From an uncultured Candidatus Saccharibacteria bacterium (GTDB lineage Bacteria > Patescibacteriota > UBA1384 > DTJR01), in NCBI GenBank assembly GCA_964487045.1, contig CAZAOT010000001.1, positions 4,875 through 68,874 of the forward strand: a DNA stretch of 64,000 nucleotides, read 5' to 3'. Positions 52,712 through 63,828 of the stretch are shown here, piece by piece. The notes below the pieces were generated by a model. That model was not told the DNA's origin. It worked only from the letters and a program-made list of their open reading frames with translations, and did not search any database. Made by a program: the position numbers and the translations under genes. Each line of letters opens with the position of its first letter. The stretch's first letter is position 1.

Positions 52712-55700
52712 TTGGTCCAAATACCAAAGATTTTTAGCAAATCCAAATTCTTCAGGTTTAGCGAGGTTAAAACTCGCCCGAATCTTGTTATCAAATTTGG
52801 CAAGATAGAAAAAACGGCTGAAGAAAATGCTAAAAAACCTTCTAATTGGTTGATAGTTCTAACGCTAGTTGCAATTGTCATCGTTCAGTCATATTATCCG
52901 TCTGTTCAGACCAAGGCTTCGGGACAGACTTCGATTTCAAAAACTAGCACTTCTGATTGGGCTAAAGGAACTAATTCCGGAGTTAGTACTAGCTCGGATG
53001 AGGTCAAGATCTCTTCTGTGGATGGTTGGGCTAGTGATAACTACGCCTATCGTAAACAATTGACAGTTTCTGCTCAAGCATCTAATACTGTCACAAAAGG
53101 TCATACCTTAAATGCTGCTGGAGTTGGAAGCGGAACTTTTGATGGTAGCGGTGATTATTTTGATCTGGGCGATAATTATAATTCAACTGCATTGCCTGTA
53201 ACGGTTGAAGCCTGGGTCAAGATTACCGGTTCTGCTCCTGGTAGTGCGGGCTGGATGATTTTTGATTCTGATTCAAGCCCAACTTTCTATTATGGTTTTT
53301 GGATGTATGTGGATGTAAATAGAAATGTTTTTTTAAGTTATGGCGATGGTGGAGGTCAGCTATCTACAAATCGTCGCTCTAAAGTTTCTACCGGGACAGT
53401 ATCTCTTGATACTTGGACTCATGTAACTGGAGTGATTCGAGGTGCGACGGATATGTCGATTTATCTAAATGGTGTAGATGCAGGCGGATCTTACTCTGGG
53501 ACGACGAACAATGCTATGGCTCATTCTGTGGATAAAGCTAGGATTGGCTATCGTAATGTTGCAGTTAACCCAATGATGCGAGGAAATATTGACGATCTCA
53601 GAGTTTGGACAAAAGCTCGAACGACCACTGAAGTTACGGCTGATATGAACAAGGAGATATCTGCCCAGGCTAATTTGGAAGGTTATTATAAATTTAATCA
53701 GTCATCTGGAACTTTAGCCGATGATTCTGGTCATAATATCACTGGTACTGCGACTGGAGACGCAGGTTATTCACCATATTCATACGTTTGGGGTGGTATT
53801 GATACAAAGTCTCTAGTTGACGCAGGTAAGATGCGTTCGGACGGGAATGATTTGAGGGTATATTATGGTTCAAATGAAATTGAAAGGGAGTTAGTTCCAG
53901 CGAATGGAAAAACCCTGGCTACATCAGAGGCGACGCAGGTTTTGTTTAAAGCTCAGGCCCAGGTTGCAGGCGGAGCGACGGATAACGGATATTACTTGTA
54001 TTATGGTGATTCAGACGCTACTGATCCAATTGCGAATGTTTATGAAAAGAAGATGCGGGTTAAGAATGCCTATATCAACCCATCCGATGGAGACTCAACG
54101 GCGAACTCTTTGCAGTATAGCGCTGATAATTTTCCAACCGGCGGGGATGGTACTCTCGAACTGTGGTACAAATGGTCGAATCCGGTTTCTAAGTCGTGGG
54201 CAGGACCAATATTTACCGGCAACGACGATAACTCCTGGAGTATCTTCTATGGCAGATCGGGTTATAGGGTGAGATATGGCATTGGTAGTAGCCTTGTTGA
54301 ACCGTCAGGTAGCAATAATGAAGGAGGCGATTGGAACCATGTAGTACTCACATGGCATAACACGGACACCAATTCACAAATTAGAATCTACGAAAATAAT
54401 GCTTTAACACTTTCCAATGATGCTGGAACCAAAATCACAAAATGGCCCGATTATCTAAGGCTTCAAGATCCCCGAGCAGGGTTTGATGGCATAGAGATTG
54501 GTTTGTTTGACATTTATAACACTGCTAAAGATGCAGCATGGGTGTCGAGCCAATACTCAAGGACAACGGCCGTTCCATATGCAGCCGGCAGAGATACCGC
54601 TGCAACTTTTATACACAACTTTGACGGATCCACGTTTGATGCAACGGAAGCCAATGGGGGTTATGCTTTGGGAACCGCAACAGCTACGGCAACAAATGTA
54701 GCAATGAGTGGAGACTATCGAATGGGCGATACCTACGATGAAAGAGCCAATAATTCTTGGGTTAGCGGCGTTTACTATTGGTATGACGATTTTGCCGGCA
54801 ACGGAACGAAGTCGACGCCATGGAGAGAGATTGGAAAAATAAACACCGTTTCGGATGCTACGGTCTTAGGAAATGACCAGCATCTACTTATGAATAAAAA
54901 TAACATTCCAAGCAGCGTCAGAGTGGAAGCCGAAGCCAAAGGTACTGGACCGAAATTTATTTTCAACGACAGCGGTGCCTTTAACACTAACTTTTGCGGC
55001 GATCAGATGACTAGAGATGTCTATCCCGGCGATAGTGTATGGTGGCCAAGGGGTGCGGCGAGCACTTTTATCAGCGCGACTAATCAAAGTTTCATCTTGC
55101 AAAAACGTGATTATATTACTAACGGCAAGAGGATGTATATCGATATTGTAACTCCCGGGAGCTATAGTGGGCTAACCTATGAATACTGGAATGGAACGGC
55201 CTGGACATCTTTTACTCCAACCGATACAACTGCTGGGTTCACTAAAAGCGGTTATATCGATTTCTCGAATATTTATGATTCTCTAAGCGGTAGCAACCCA
55301 CCCACCGTGGGTACTTGTAACTTTTCGGGTCAAACGTATAACCGATTTATTAAAATTACTGCCACGTCAGTTACTACTGCGGCTACTTATAATATTATCT
55401 ACAATCAGTCAGATCATGCCGAAAATTTATTTACTAATGTGTCAAATGCGTTATCCGGTGATCTTCATAGTGCAACTGGTTCGACTACTATCACTCGAAA
55501 TACTAGTGCGTACAAAACAATCGGCATGTCAAAAACGTCAAACACTATCACAAGCTACATGGACGGCTATCAGACCTTTACCTCGACCGCTTCAGGTGGA
55601 GCTTGGGATAATGCGATGATTGGCCTTTCGGCCACGACTGATGCAACTTACGATAGTTTTAAAGCTTACAAAACATTAACTAGTGAACCTTCGACCGCTC

Positions 55701-58615
55701 AGGCTTCCGAGGCTCCTAAATATATAACTGGTTCGTATTATTCATCACCAACTTCTACAGCGGCTGATTCAGGAATTATTAATCTCGGTTGGATAGGAGA
55801 TTGGGGAACTCCAACCGGCTTTTCGGCAAATGTTACTATTCCGACCAATACCTCAATTGAATTCAAGGTCCGTTCTTCTTCGGTAGCCGGGTCAAATGAT
55901 GCTGACTGGACTGATTGGGCGACGATCGGCTCAGCCACAACGACTGGTGAATATAGTGTAGCTCATGCTTCGATGCCAAATATTACTTTGGGCTTGAATA
56001 AATATTTACAAATTAAGGCCACTTTAAACACTACTGACGGAGCTAGTACGCCTATTTTGAGCGACTATACTATATATTATGTTGCTGATACGGATGCTCC
56101 AACTAATCCTTCCGTTAGCTCTCTTACAGTCAATGGAACGTCAATTACTGCTTCTAACTGGACAAGCGTAAATGGAGCGGTTTTGGCGCAATTCTCTGGA
56201 GCAACGGACGCCGACGACCAATCTGGAGTAGCAGGATATTATATATATTTTGGAACGTCCTCTTCGGCTGATCCAGCTGCAAGCGGAGCATACCAAGCTC
56301 ATGTTGGAGCTGTTGGTGATACTCAAAGCTATGCTTCAACAATTACTACATCAGACGATGGAAAATATTACTATCTAATCTATAAAACCAAGGATGGCGC
56401 TGGTAACACTTCAAATGCGTCGACTTTGTATCAATTTGGCTATGATAAAACTAGTCCGATCAAGCCATCATTTGTCTCGGTTTCACCACTTGGATACACA
56501 ACGTCAAATTCGTTCACTTTTACCTGGCCAGCCGCCTCTGACCCAGATGGAGCAAATGGATCTTCAGGGATTAAATATTACGAATATCGTCGTGGCAATG
56601 AAGCCAACTGGTCGCATACGCTAAATAGCAGCCAGACCTCGGTTGCTTCACTTCAAGCTTATCAGGAAGGAGCGAACGCTTTTTATGTGAGGACGGTCGA
56701 TAGAGCTGATAATATCTCCTCTTCATACTCTCAAGTTACATATTATTGGTCAGGAACTGCTCCTGATAAGCCTGTAAATTTATCGGTTAGTCCCGATACA
56801 GCTGATGAAAATAATTTCGTAATATCTTGGGATAAGCCAACTGTTACAGAGGGGAATCCTCCAGTTGCTGGCTATTACTATTCCATCAATGCTTCTCCGA
56901 CGCTAAACAATATTACTTATATTGCTTCGACTGCAAGCCACGTCGAGCTCCCTGCTTCTAGCTATGCTACTAAGCAAGGGGCCAACATAGTTTATGTATT
57001 ATCCGTTAATGAAGCGGGTAACTTCTCGCTAGAGGAAGCATACATCGCCCAGGCAACTTTTAATTGTCAGACCGCTGCTCCGCCAATTCCGGTATCAGTT
57101 TCTATATCAGATACTACCAACCGCGCATATAATATTTATTCTCTCACTACAAAATGGTCGGCTGGAACTGGCCAAAATCAAACAAGTTTTGATCATTATA
57201 CTATTGAGAGATCAACTGACGCGGTAAATTATTCTGAACTTGCTACTACTACTTCTACAGCGTACATCGATGCTTCAAGTTTAAACAATTCAACAACATA
57301 CTACTATCGTATCAAAGCAGTTGATGATGCTGGCTCGACTTCGGCGGTTTCAACTGTGGTCTTTAAAACTCCGACCGGCAAATATCAGACCCCGCCCAAC
57401 TATCTTTCAAACCCTCAAACTTCAAATATTAAATCTTCTTCGGCCACTATTTCTTGGGCCACAGACCGAGTTTCAAATTCAATTGTAAAGTACGGAAAGA
57501 CTCAGTCGAGCCTAAGTGCTTCTAGCGGACAGCTTGACTCGGTTCTAAATCACGTAGTAGAGCTGCTTGGTCTTGAGCCATCTACTACTTATTATTATCA
57601 AGCTCAGTCGCTGGACAACGAAAGAGATTATCAATCTGACGAAGCTAATAGCGAGATGCAATCATTTACGACCTTGGCGGCGCCTGCAATATCAAATGTA
57701 AATGTATCAAATGTCACACTTTCTTCTGCTGATGTAACTTGGGAAACAACGACTCTTGCTGTTAGCTCGCTTAATTATGGTAATAATTCTAATCTTGATA
57801 AAACGCTTGATGATATTTCGGGATCAAATACTACCAAACACTCGGTTAAGCTTACCGATCTAGGGCATTCAACGCGTTATGGTTTTAGAATTTCCGGAAC
57901 AGATGCAGATAATAATGAACTCACTTCAGACCTTTATTATTTTGAGACACTACCAATGCCTCGAGTTGAAAATTTGAAATTAGAAATCGTGAAGGATAAA
58001 TCTAGGCCAGCCATCAAGGTTAATTGGAATACGAATGTTGCTACTTCTAGCATTGTTAAATATTCTGGATCAGAAGAAACACCAAAAGAAGAAGTGAAGG
58101 CCAAATTAGTCACAGAGCATGAAGTATTGCTTGAAAATCTTTCAGACGAAACTAGCTATAAAGTATCGGTATCAGGAATGGACTCGATCGGTAATTTGAC
58201 CGAAGCTTCATCGGCTTCGATTTTGACTCCGCAGGACTCAAGGCCTCCACAGATTTCTGATATTTCGATTGAAACTTCTAACGTTGGGCTAAACCGTCAG
58301 GATAAGGCTCAAGTCGTAGTTTCCTGGAGGACTGATGAACCGGCCACCAGTCGCGTCGAATATGGAGTTGGGCTAAGTGGTGACAATTATGAGAAGCAAA
58401 CCAGTGAAGATGCCAACCTAACAACAAATCATGTTGTGATCTTATCCGACCTCGAGCCAACCTCGCCATATCATCTAAAGGTTAATTCAAAAGATAAGGC
58501 GGGAAATACTTCAAAAAGTGACGATCAAGTAATTGTCTCTAGCGAAGTACCAAGATCGGTCTTGAGAGTTTTGCTAAACGCCTTAGAAGGAATATTTGGA
58601 TGGATAAAGATATGA
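52712..58615 (+). CDS. giant membrane-anchored surface protein (LamG/DUF2341-like N-terminal half, fibronectin-III-like repeats)
   Basis: 1967 aa. TTG start after AAGGAGGG. N-terminal signal-anchor (WLIVLTLVAIVIVQ). LamG-type IDDLRVW motif. The C-terminal roughly 950 aa are paralogous to the next gene. Confidence 0.85.
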   Translation: MVQIPKIFSKSKFFRFSEVKTRPNLVIKFGKIEKTAEENAKKPSNWLIVLTLVAIVIVQSYYPSVQTKASGQTSISKTSTSDWAKGTNSGVSTSSDEVKISSVDGWASDNYAYRKQLTVSAQASNTVTKGHTLNAAGVGSGTFDGSGDYFDLGDNYNSTALPVTVEAWVKITGSAPGSAGWMIFDSDSSPTFYYGFWMYVDVNRNVFLSYGDGGGQLSTNRRSKVSTGTVSLDTWTHVTGVIRGATDMSIYLNGVDAGGSYSGTTNNAMAHSVDKARIGYRNVAVNPMMRGNIDDLRVWTKARTTTEVTADMNKEISAQANLEGYYKFNQSSGTLADDSGHNITGTATGDAGYSPYSYVWGGIDTKSLVDAGKMRSDGNDLRVYYGSNEIERELVPANGKTLATSEATQVLFKAQAQVAGGATDNGYYLYYGDSDATDPIANVYEKKMRVKNAYINPSDGDSTANSLQYSADNFPTGGDGTLELWYKWSNPVSKSWAGPIFTGNDDNSWSIFYGRSGYRVRYGIGSSLVEPSGSNNEGGDWNHVVLTWHNTDTNSQIRIYENNALTLSNDAGTKITKWPDYLRLQDPRAGFDGIEIGLFDIYNTAKDAAWVSSQYSRTTAVPYAAGRDTAATFIHNFDGSTFDATEANGGYALGTATATATNVAMSGDYRMGDTYDERANNSWVSGVYYWYDDFAGNGTKSTPWREIGKINTVSDATVLGNDQHLLMNKNNIPSSVRVEAEAKGTGPKFIFNDSGAFNTNFCGDQMTRDVYPGDSVWWPRGAASTFISATNQSFILQKRDYITNGKRMYIDIVTPGSYSGLTYEYWNGTAWTSFTPTDTTAGFTKSGYIDFSNIYDSLSGSNPPTVGTCNFSGQTYNRFIKITATSVTTAATYNIIYNQSDHAENLFTNVSNALSGDLHSATGSTTITRNTSAYKTIGMSKTSNTITSYMDGYQTFTSTASGGAWDNAMIGLSATTDATYDSFKAYKTLTSEPSTAQASEAPKYITGSYYSSPTSTAADSGIINLGWIGDWGTPTGFSANVTIPTNTSIEFKVRSSSVAGSNDADWTDWATIGSATTTGEYSVAHASMPNITLGLNKYLQIKATLNTTDGASTPILSDYTIYYVADTDAPTNPSVSSLTVNGTSITASNWTSVNGAVLAQFSGATDADDQSGVAGYYIYFGTSSSADPAASGAYQAHVGAVGDTQSYASTITTSDDGKYYYLIYKTKDGAGNTSNASTLYQFGYDKTSPIKPSFVSVSPLGYTTSNSFTFTWPAASDPDGANGSSGIKYYEYRRGNEANWSHTLNSSQTSVASLQAYQEGANAFYVRTVDRADNISSSYSQVTYYWSGTAPDKPVNLSVSPDTADENNFVISWDKPTVTEGNPPVAGYYYSINASPTLNNITYIASTASHVELPASSYATKQGANIVYVLSVNEAGNFSLEEAYIAQATFNCQTAAPPIPVSVSISDTTNRAYNIYSLTTKWSAGTGQNQTSFDHYTIERSTDAVNYSELATTTSTAYIDASSLNNSTTYYYRIKAVDDAGSTSAVSTVVFKTPTGKYQTPPNYLSNPQTSNIKSSSATISWATDRVSNSIVKYGKTQSSLSASSGQLDSVLNHVVELLGLEPSTTYYYQAQSLDNERDYQSDEANSEMQSFTTLAAPAISNVNVSNVTLSSADVTWETTTLAVSSLNYGNNSNLDKTLDDISGSNTTKHSVKLTDLGHSTRYGFRISGTDADNNELTSDLYYFETLPMPRVENLKLEIVKDKSRPAIKVNWNTNVATSSIVKYSGSEETPKEEVKAKLVTEHEVLLENLSDETSYKVSVSGMDSIGNLTEASSASILTPQDSRPPQISDISIETSNVGLNRQDKAQVVVSWRTDEPATSRVEYGVGLSGDNYEKQTSEDANLTTNHVVILSDLEPTSPYHLKVNSKDKAGNTSKSDDQVIVSSEVPRSVLRVLLNALEGIFGWIKI

Positions 58616-61600
58616 GATACATAGCAAAAATTAAAAATCATTTATTGTTTGCCCTTATCTCCATAATGATCTTATCTGTTGTTGTGATTTCGCCGTGGCA
58701 CAAGCCATCTGTTGCGAGAGCGTCCTGGTATCCTGACGCTGCATGGCAATATCGTCAACAGATTGTAATCGATCATACAAAGGTTGCTGCCGATCAATCT
58801 GATTTTCCGGTAATGCTTAAAATTACCAGTCAGTACAATCCAGTTTTTGCTTCAGCCAAAGACGACGGAACTGATATTTTATTCACCTCAAGTGACGGCG
58901 CCACAAAACTATCTCATGAGATTGAAACTTTCTCTAAAACATCAAAAGAACTTTGGGCATGGGTTAAAATTCCTACATTATCATCGAGTAATGATGTGAC
59001 ACTTTATATGTACTACGGCAATGCAGACGCTACGAACCAACAAAATAATAATGACGTATGGTCCAACAATTATTCGGCTGTTTGGCATTTAGGTGAAGCG
59101 AGTGGCAATTCGTTAGATTCCACATCGAGTGGTATTAGTGGAACGATTGGCACTGGGGTGACCCAAAATGTTTCAAATAAGCTAGCTCGATATTATTCTT
59201 TGGCTGGAGCTGGTTCGGTCAATTATGGAAATTCTAGCGCTCTGCCAAATGGTACTTCAGCAAAAACGCTTTGCGGATGGGGAAGGTCTAATAGTGTAGC
59301 TGTAGGCTATCGCTGGATGGCGGCATATGGAACTGGTGCAACTAACCAAGCACTATTTATCGGGATGAATGGTACTACAGCTTATGGAGGAGGGTATGGT
59401 AACGATCTAACTTCGTCGAATTTTTGGTCTGCAGGTGAATGGAAATATCTGTGTGTAACTTATGACGGGACACAAGGAGCTTTGTACGGCAATGGATCGC
59501 AGCTAGTGGCGCCAACCACAAAACCTTGGAGCTTAGTCAGAAATCAGACATATCTTGGTCAGCAAGTGGGTGCAACTGAATACTGGAATGGAGATCTCGA
59601 TCAGGTTACAATCTCATCAACCGCCAGATCTTCAACATGGATTCAGACGGAATACAATAACCAGAATGATCCCGGAAGTTTTGCTACTTTTTACTGGGAA
59701 AAAAATCAGAACAATTATAATCAGACAACGGAAAGTGATTGGCTTTCATCGAACTGGCTTTATAGACAAAAAATTCAGGTCACAAACAATACCGCTTCGG
59801 CGCTTACAGATTATCAAGTTCTAATTGATAGCGGGTCGTTGAACTTATCTAACGTATTTAGCAAGGCAAATTCGGATGGTTCGGATATAAGATTTGGAAA
59901 TAATTCATCTAGTGAAGAGCTTAATTATTATATGCAATCTTATTCTAAGGTTTCTGGTACGGCTAAAATTTGGGTTAAAATACCTTATTTGCCGGCTAGC
60001 GGGAGCGGATATATTTACCTATATTATGGAAATTCTGGCGCTGCTTCACTTTCAAATTTGACAAATGTCAATTCCTCTACTGAAACTAAAATTAGCATTG
60101 GCTTAACAGCAAATGCTACTTCTTATTTTTCATCCTACGTGCCAGCTAACACTATCGACGGCAATACATCTTCAACTTTTTGGCATGGTAATAATGATGG
60201 TCAGCTGCATAATTTATGGGTTTCGGGGATATCTAATAAAATTTTATCGTCTGTTAAGGTTTATCATTACGCTGGACAGTGGGCTTCAACATTCAAAATT
60301 CAGGGATCAAATGATAATTTTGCTTCAGATATTCGGGAATTTGCCAGTGTTACCTCACCAACTCAAAATATGACTTTCTCTAATATTAATGATTCTGCAT
60401 CTTCGGTAAGATATCAAACCCTTACAACTACAAACTGGTATAATCCTACAATTTATGAAATTGAGATTTATACCAAATTTAAAACTGCCTCTAGCGAGCC
60501 AACCTTAATTTTGAGTGGGAGTGAGGTAGCCTTTGATTCCGATATTCCAAGCAATCCATCATCATTTGTCGGAAAAAATATCTCTGGGGGAGCAATAACA
60601 CTTGATCCAACCGCATATTATAATTACACCACGCCAGAAATCTCCTGGCCTACAGTTGGTTCAGCGGGAGGAGCCAGTGACTCAACTACCGGTGTCGACG
60701 GTTATTATATGTATTTTGGGACCAGTTGCGGCGGCGGAGGTGCTGATCCAGCACTGACCAGAGGGCTACTTAGTGACACGGGCTCGGGTCTTCATTACTC
60801 GGCAGCAGTTTCTATATCTGCTCCGACATTATCGACTGATGGAACTTATTGTCTGCGTCTAAAAACTAAAGATGTTGCAGGCAATATTTCTAGTGCTGTT
60901 GAGGCGTTTGTGTATAAGTTTGATGCCTCATCGCCTTCACAGCCAACATATATAGCCGCGAATCCCGCCGGATATACTTCAACCAATTCCTTTTCGTTCT
61001 CCTGGCCAGCCGCTTCCGATACAGGCGGTTCACTTTTTGCAGGGTATCAGTATAAGCGAGGTGGTAGCTCAGGGGACGGTTGGTCATCGACAATTACTCA
61101 AACCAGTGTATCGGGAATTCAATCTTATCAGACAGGTGAAAATATTTTCTTGGTCAGGGCTATTGATAACGCTCAAAATGTTTCAAGCGAGACCCAAACA
61201 AATTACTATTATTCTTCGAACGCTCCAACCAAGCCGACTAGTTTCTCGGCTTCTCCTGAAATATCTGCAACTAACAACTTTTCCTTTAGCTGGACAGCTC
61301 CAGTGCATGACATAGAAATTGATGAGTATGGCTATTCTATAAATGCCGCGCCAACGATGCAAAATATTACTTGGACAGGCTCAAATTCAACTTCAATTGC
61401 GGCCGGGCCATTTGCCACCAAGCAGGGCGTCAATACTATTTATCTTGTTGCCAAAGATGCTGCGGGTAACTACGCTTTTGATCAGGCTAATTATGCTACA
61501 GCGAATTTCGATTGTCAGACTTCCGCCCCGCCAACTCCAGTGGCCGTATCAGCGGTTGACTCCTCGGATAGATCAATTAGCAGATGGATGATCACAACTC

Positions 61601-63063
61601 AGTGGGCAACTGGCACTGGCCAAGACAGCGCCACATTCCATCATTATTCAGTCGAGCGCTCGACAGATAATGCTACATTTACCGAACTTGCTACTACCAC
61701 ATCAACTGCCTACATCGATGCTGATCTATCAAATACTTCCGCGTATTACTATCGAATAAAGTCTGTTGATAATGCTGGATCCAGTTCGGTTGCTTCGACG
61801 ACAGTTTCGAAAACTCCTACCGGGAACTATCCCACGCCTCCAACGATAGTGTCTGAGCCAACTTCAGTTGTTAAAGCGACTTCAGCGACAGTGACTTGGG
61901 TCACAAATAGAGCTTCAACTGGTGCGGTTAAATTTGGCACATCGGAAAGTGATATGGATCGAAGTCAGCTTGATGCGGAGGAGAGGACGGAGCATCAGAT
62001 CACTCTTCCCGGCTTAGAGCCAAATACGACCTATTATTTCAAGGTTCAATCGCTTGATAGTGCTAGGGACTATTCTGATTCCGAAGCATATTCTTCGATT
62101 TTTACGCTAAAGACACTTGCCTCCCCAGGAATTCAAAACGTAAAAATTACCAATATTAGCTTAGATTCGGCTGATATTTCCTGGGAGACTTCGTCCGCTT
62201 CTACAACCTTGATCAGATATGGGACAACGATCAATTATGATAAGTCGTGGGAAGACGCATCCTCATATACGACTAATCACACATTTAAACTTCAGGACTT
62301 AAATCATACGAGCACATATCACTTTAAAATCAGTGGCCTAGATGCTGATGAGAATAGTATCAATTCAGATGACTATGTTTTTGATACTCTACCATTACCG
62401 AAGATCTCCGCGGTTTCTTTTGACACTGACTATTCGGATGCTGAGCCCCAAACATCAATTAGTTGGACGACCAATGTTGCGACAACTTCCTCGGTTGAAT
62501 ATTTTCCAAAAAGCGGAGGCAATGTCGCTTACGAAGAAAGCCAATCAGACCTGATCACTACTCACAAGGTTAAGCTTACAAAGCTTTCCGACAATACGTC
62601 TTATAGTTTTTATGTTTCTGGAACGGATCAATTTGGAAATAAGGCTACTTCAGATGAATATATCTTTAATACCCCGTTTGACTCAAGGCCGGCCCGAATC
62701 ACCGATGTCCAGGTAGAAACTTCAAATGTCGGATTAGATAAACAGGATAAGGCTCAAATCATTGTGTCGTGGAAGACTGACGAGCCGGCTACGACTCAAG
62801 TCGAATACGGCAAAGGTGTAAGCGGTGATTATACAAATAAGACCAGCGAAGATAAAACTCTCACTAATGAGCATTTTGTTATACTCTCAGATCTCGAACC
62901 AAACCAACCATATCATTTACGGGTAATTTCCAAGGACAAGGGTGGTAACGAATCAATCGGAGAGGATACAAACTCCATTCCTGGAGAAGTACCACGATCC
63001 ATGCTGCAGGTCATATTCTCAACTTTTGAAAAAGTGTTTGGTTGGTTGGAAAAATTAGTATAG
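58600..63063 (+). CDS. giant membrane-anchored surface protein, paralog (DUF2341/LamG, discoidin-like, FN3-like repeats)
   Basis: 1487 aa. The start is 58600, or 58612 (ATGA overlap with the upstream stop). TM anchor LLFALISIMILSVVVI. NTIDGNTSSTFWHG is discoidin-like. The C-terminal half is collinear with the upstream protein. Confidence 0.85.
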   Translation: MDKDMRYIAKIKNHLLFALISIMILSVVVISPWHKPSVARASWYPDAAWQYRQQIVIDHTKVAADQSDFPVMLKITSQYNPVFASAKDDGTDILFTSSDGATKLSHEIETFSKTSKELWAWVKIPTLSSSNDVTLYMYYGNADATNQQNNNDVWSNNYSAVWHLGEASGNSLDSTSSGISGTIGTGVTQNVSNKLARYYSLAGAGSVNYGNSSALPNGTSAKTLCGWGRSNSVAVGYRWMAAYGTGATNQALFIGMNGTTAYGGGYGNDLTSSNFWSAGEWKYLCVTYDGTQGALYGNGSQLVAPTTKPWSLVRNQTYLGQQVGATEYWNGDLDQVTISSTARSSTWIQTEYNNQNDPGSFATFYWEKNQNNYNQTTESDWLSSNWLYRQKIQVTNNTASALTDYQVLIDSGSLNLSNVFSKANSDGSDIRFGNNSSSEELNYYMQSYSKVSGTAKIWVKIPYLPASGSGYIYLYYGNSGAASLSNLTNVNSSTETKISIGLTANATSYFSSYVPANTIDGNTSSTFWHGNNDGQLHNLWVSGISNKILSSVKVYHYAGQWASTFKIQGSNDNFASDIREFASVTSPTQNMTFSNINDSASSVRYQTLTTTNWYNPTIYEIEIYTKFKTASSEPTLILSGSEVAFDSDIPSNPSSFVGKNISGGAITLDPTAYYNYTTPEISWPTVGSAGGASDSTTGVDGYYMYFGTSCGGGGADPALTRGLLSDTGSGLHYSAAVSISAPTLSTDGTYCLRLKTKDVAGNISSAVEAFVYKFDASSPSQPTYIAANPAGYTSTNSFSFSWPAASDTGGSLFAGYQYKRGGSSGDGWSSTITQTSVSGIQSYQTGENIFLVRAIDNAQNVSSETQTNYYYSSNAPTKPTSFSASPEISATNNFSFSWTAPVHDIEIDEYGYSINAAPTMQNITWTGSNSTSIAAGPFATKQGVNTIYLVAKDAAGNYAFDQANYATANFDCQTSAPPTPVAVSAVDSSDRSISRWMITTQWATGTGQDSATFHHYSVERSTDNATFTELATTTSTAYIDADLSNTSAYYYRIKSVDNAGSSSVASTTVSKTPTGNYPTPPTIVSEPTSVVKATSATVTWVTNRASTGAVKFGTSESDMDRSQLDAEERTEHQITLPGLEPNTTYYFKVQSLDSARDYSDSEAYSSIFTLKTLASPGIQNVKITNISLDSADISWETSSASTTLIRYGTTINYDKSWEDASSYTTNHTFKLQDLNHTSTYHFKISGLDADENSINSDDYVFDTLPLPKISAVSFDTDYSDAEPQTSISWTTNVATTSSVEYFPKSGGNVAYEESQSDLITTHKVKLTKLSDNTSYSFYVSGTDQFGNKATSDEYIFNTPFDSRPARITDVQVETSNVGLDKQDKAQIIVSWKTDEPATTQVEYGKGVSGDYTNKTSEDKTLTNEHFVILSDLEPNQPYHLRVISKDKGGNESIGEDTNSIPGEVPRSMLQVIFSTFEKVFGWLEKLV

Positions 63064-63072
63064 ACTATTCGC

Positions 63073-63762
63073 ATGGCAGATCTAGCAAAAAAAATACTTG
63101 AAAGTATAAAAGCTGGCTTGGGTTTGATAGGAAAGTATCTTTTAATGGTAATTATAATTGCCAGAAATTTTATCACTCGTAAACGAAGACTTTATGCAAA
63201 CCCGGTATTTTATATTGCTCTTATTGGTGCTTTTTGTGCTGGAGTCTATTTAAGACAACCTGCTCAGAATATAATGTCGAAAAATTCTAAGTCAAAAGAA
63301 AAGACGCAGGTAGCTAAAGTTGTTGAAACTGATTTTTATACTGGTTGGGAAAAATATGAAGATCAGTTGGGATATACGATTCGCTACCCGAAAGATTGGC
63401 AATTTAAAAAAGAAGATGAGCTGTCTAGGTCGTTGTGTAAAGATGAATATTGTCTGTATTTTGCGATGAATAAACAAGGGAGTGGGGAATTAAAAATTTT
63501 CCAGCGCTACGACAAAGAGAAGCCAACAGACTCTGGATACTTAAAAATAGGGGAAGAAAAGCTTAAAAAGCAGAAATATCTAGTTGGCGAGAAAGCAAAA
63601 GAATATTATTATCCAAAAACAGTTCAAAATGTTAAAAATTTTCAAATTATTGCCAGTTTTGCTTATAAAAACAAAAAAGTTGAAGAAGCGAGCGTAGATA
63701 TGGAAACGCTTGATTCAAGAGCGATTGCAGAAAAAATCTTGCAATCAATCGAGCTAAAGTAG
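63073..63762 (+). CDS. hypothetical membrane-anchored protein
   Basis: 229 aa with two N-terminal hydrophobic segments. Lies 10 nt downstream of the giant gene. Confidence 0.65.
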   Translation: MADLAKKILESIKAGLGLIGKYLLMVIIIARNFITRKRRLYANPVFYIALIGAFCAGVYLRQPAQNIMSKNSKSKEKTQVAKVVETDFYTGWEKYEDQLGYTIRYPKDWQFKKEDELSRSLCKDEYCLYFAMNKQGSGELKIFQRYDKEKPTDSGYLKIGEEKLKKQKYLVGEKAKEYYYPKTVQNVKNFQIIASFAYKNKKVEEASVDMETLDSRAIAEKILQSIELK

Positions 63763-63828
63763 GTTGTTGAATCGGTTCTAACGGGTGATATAATTGACTT
63801 GTATCAAAAAAGGCGGGGGTGCATCTGA

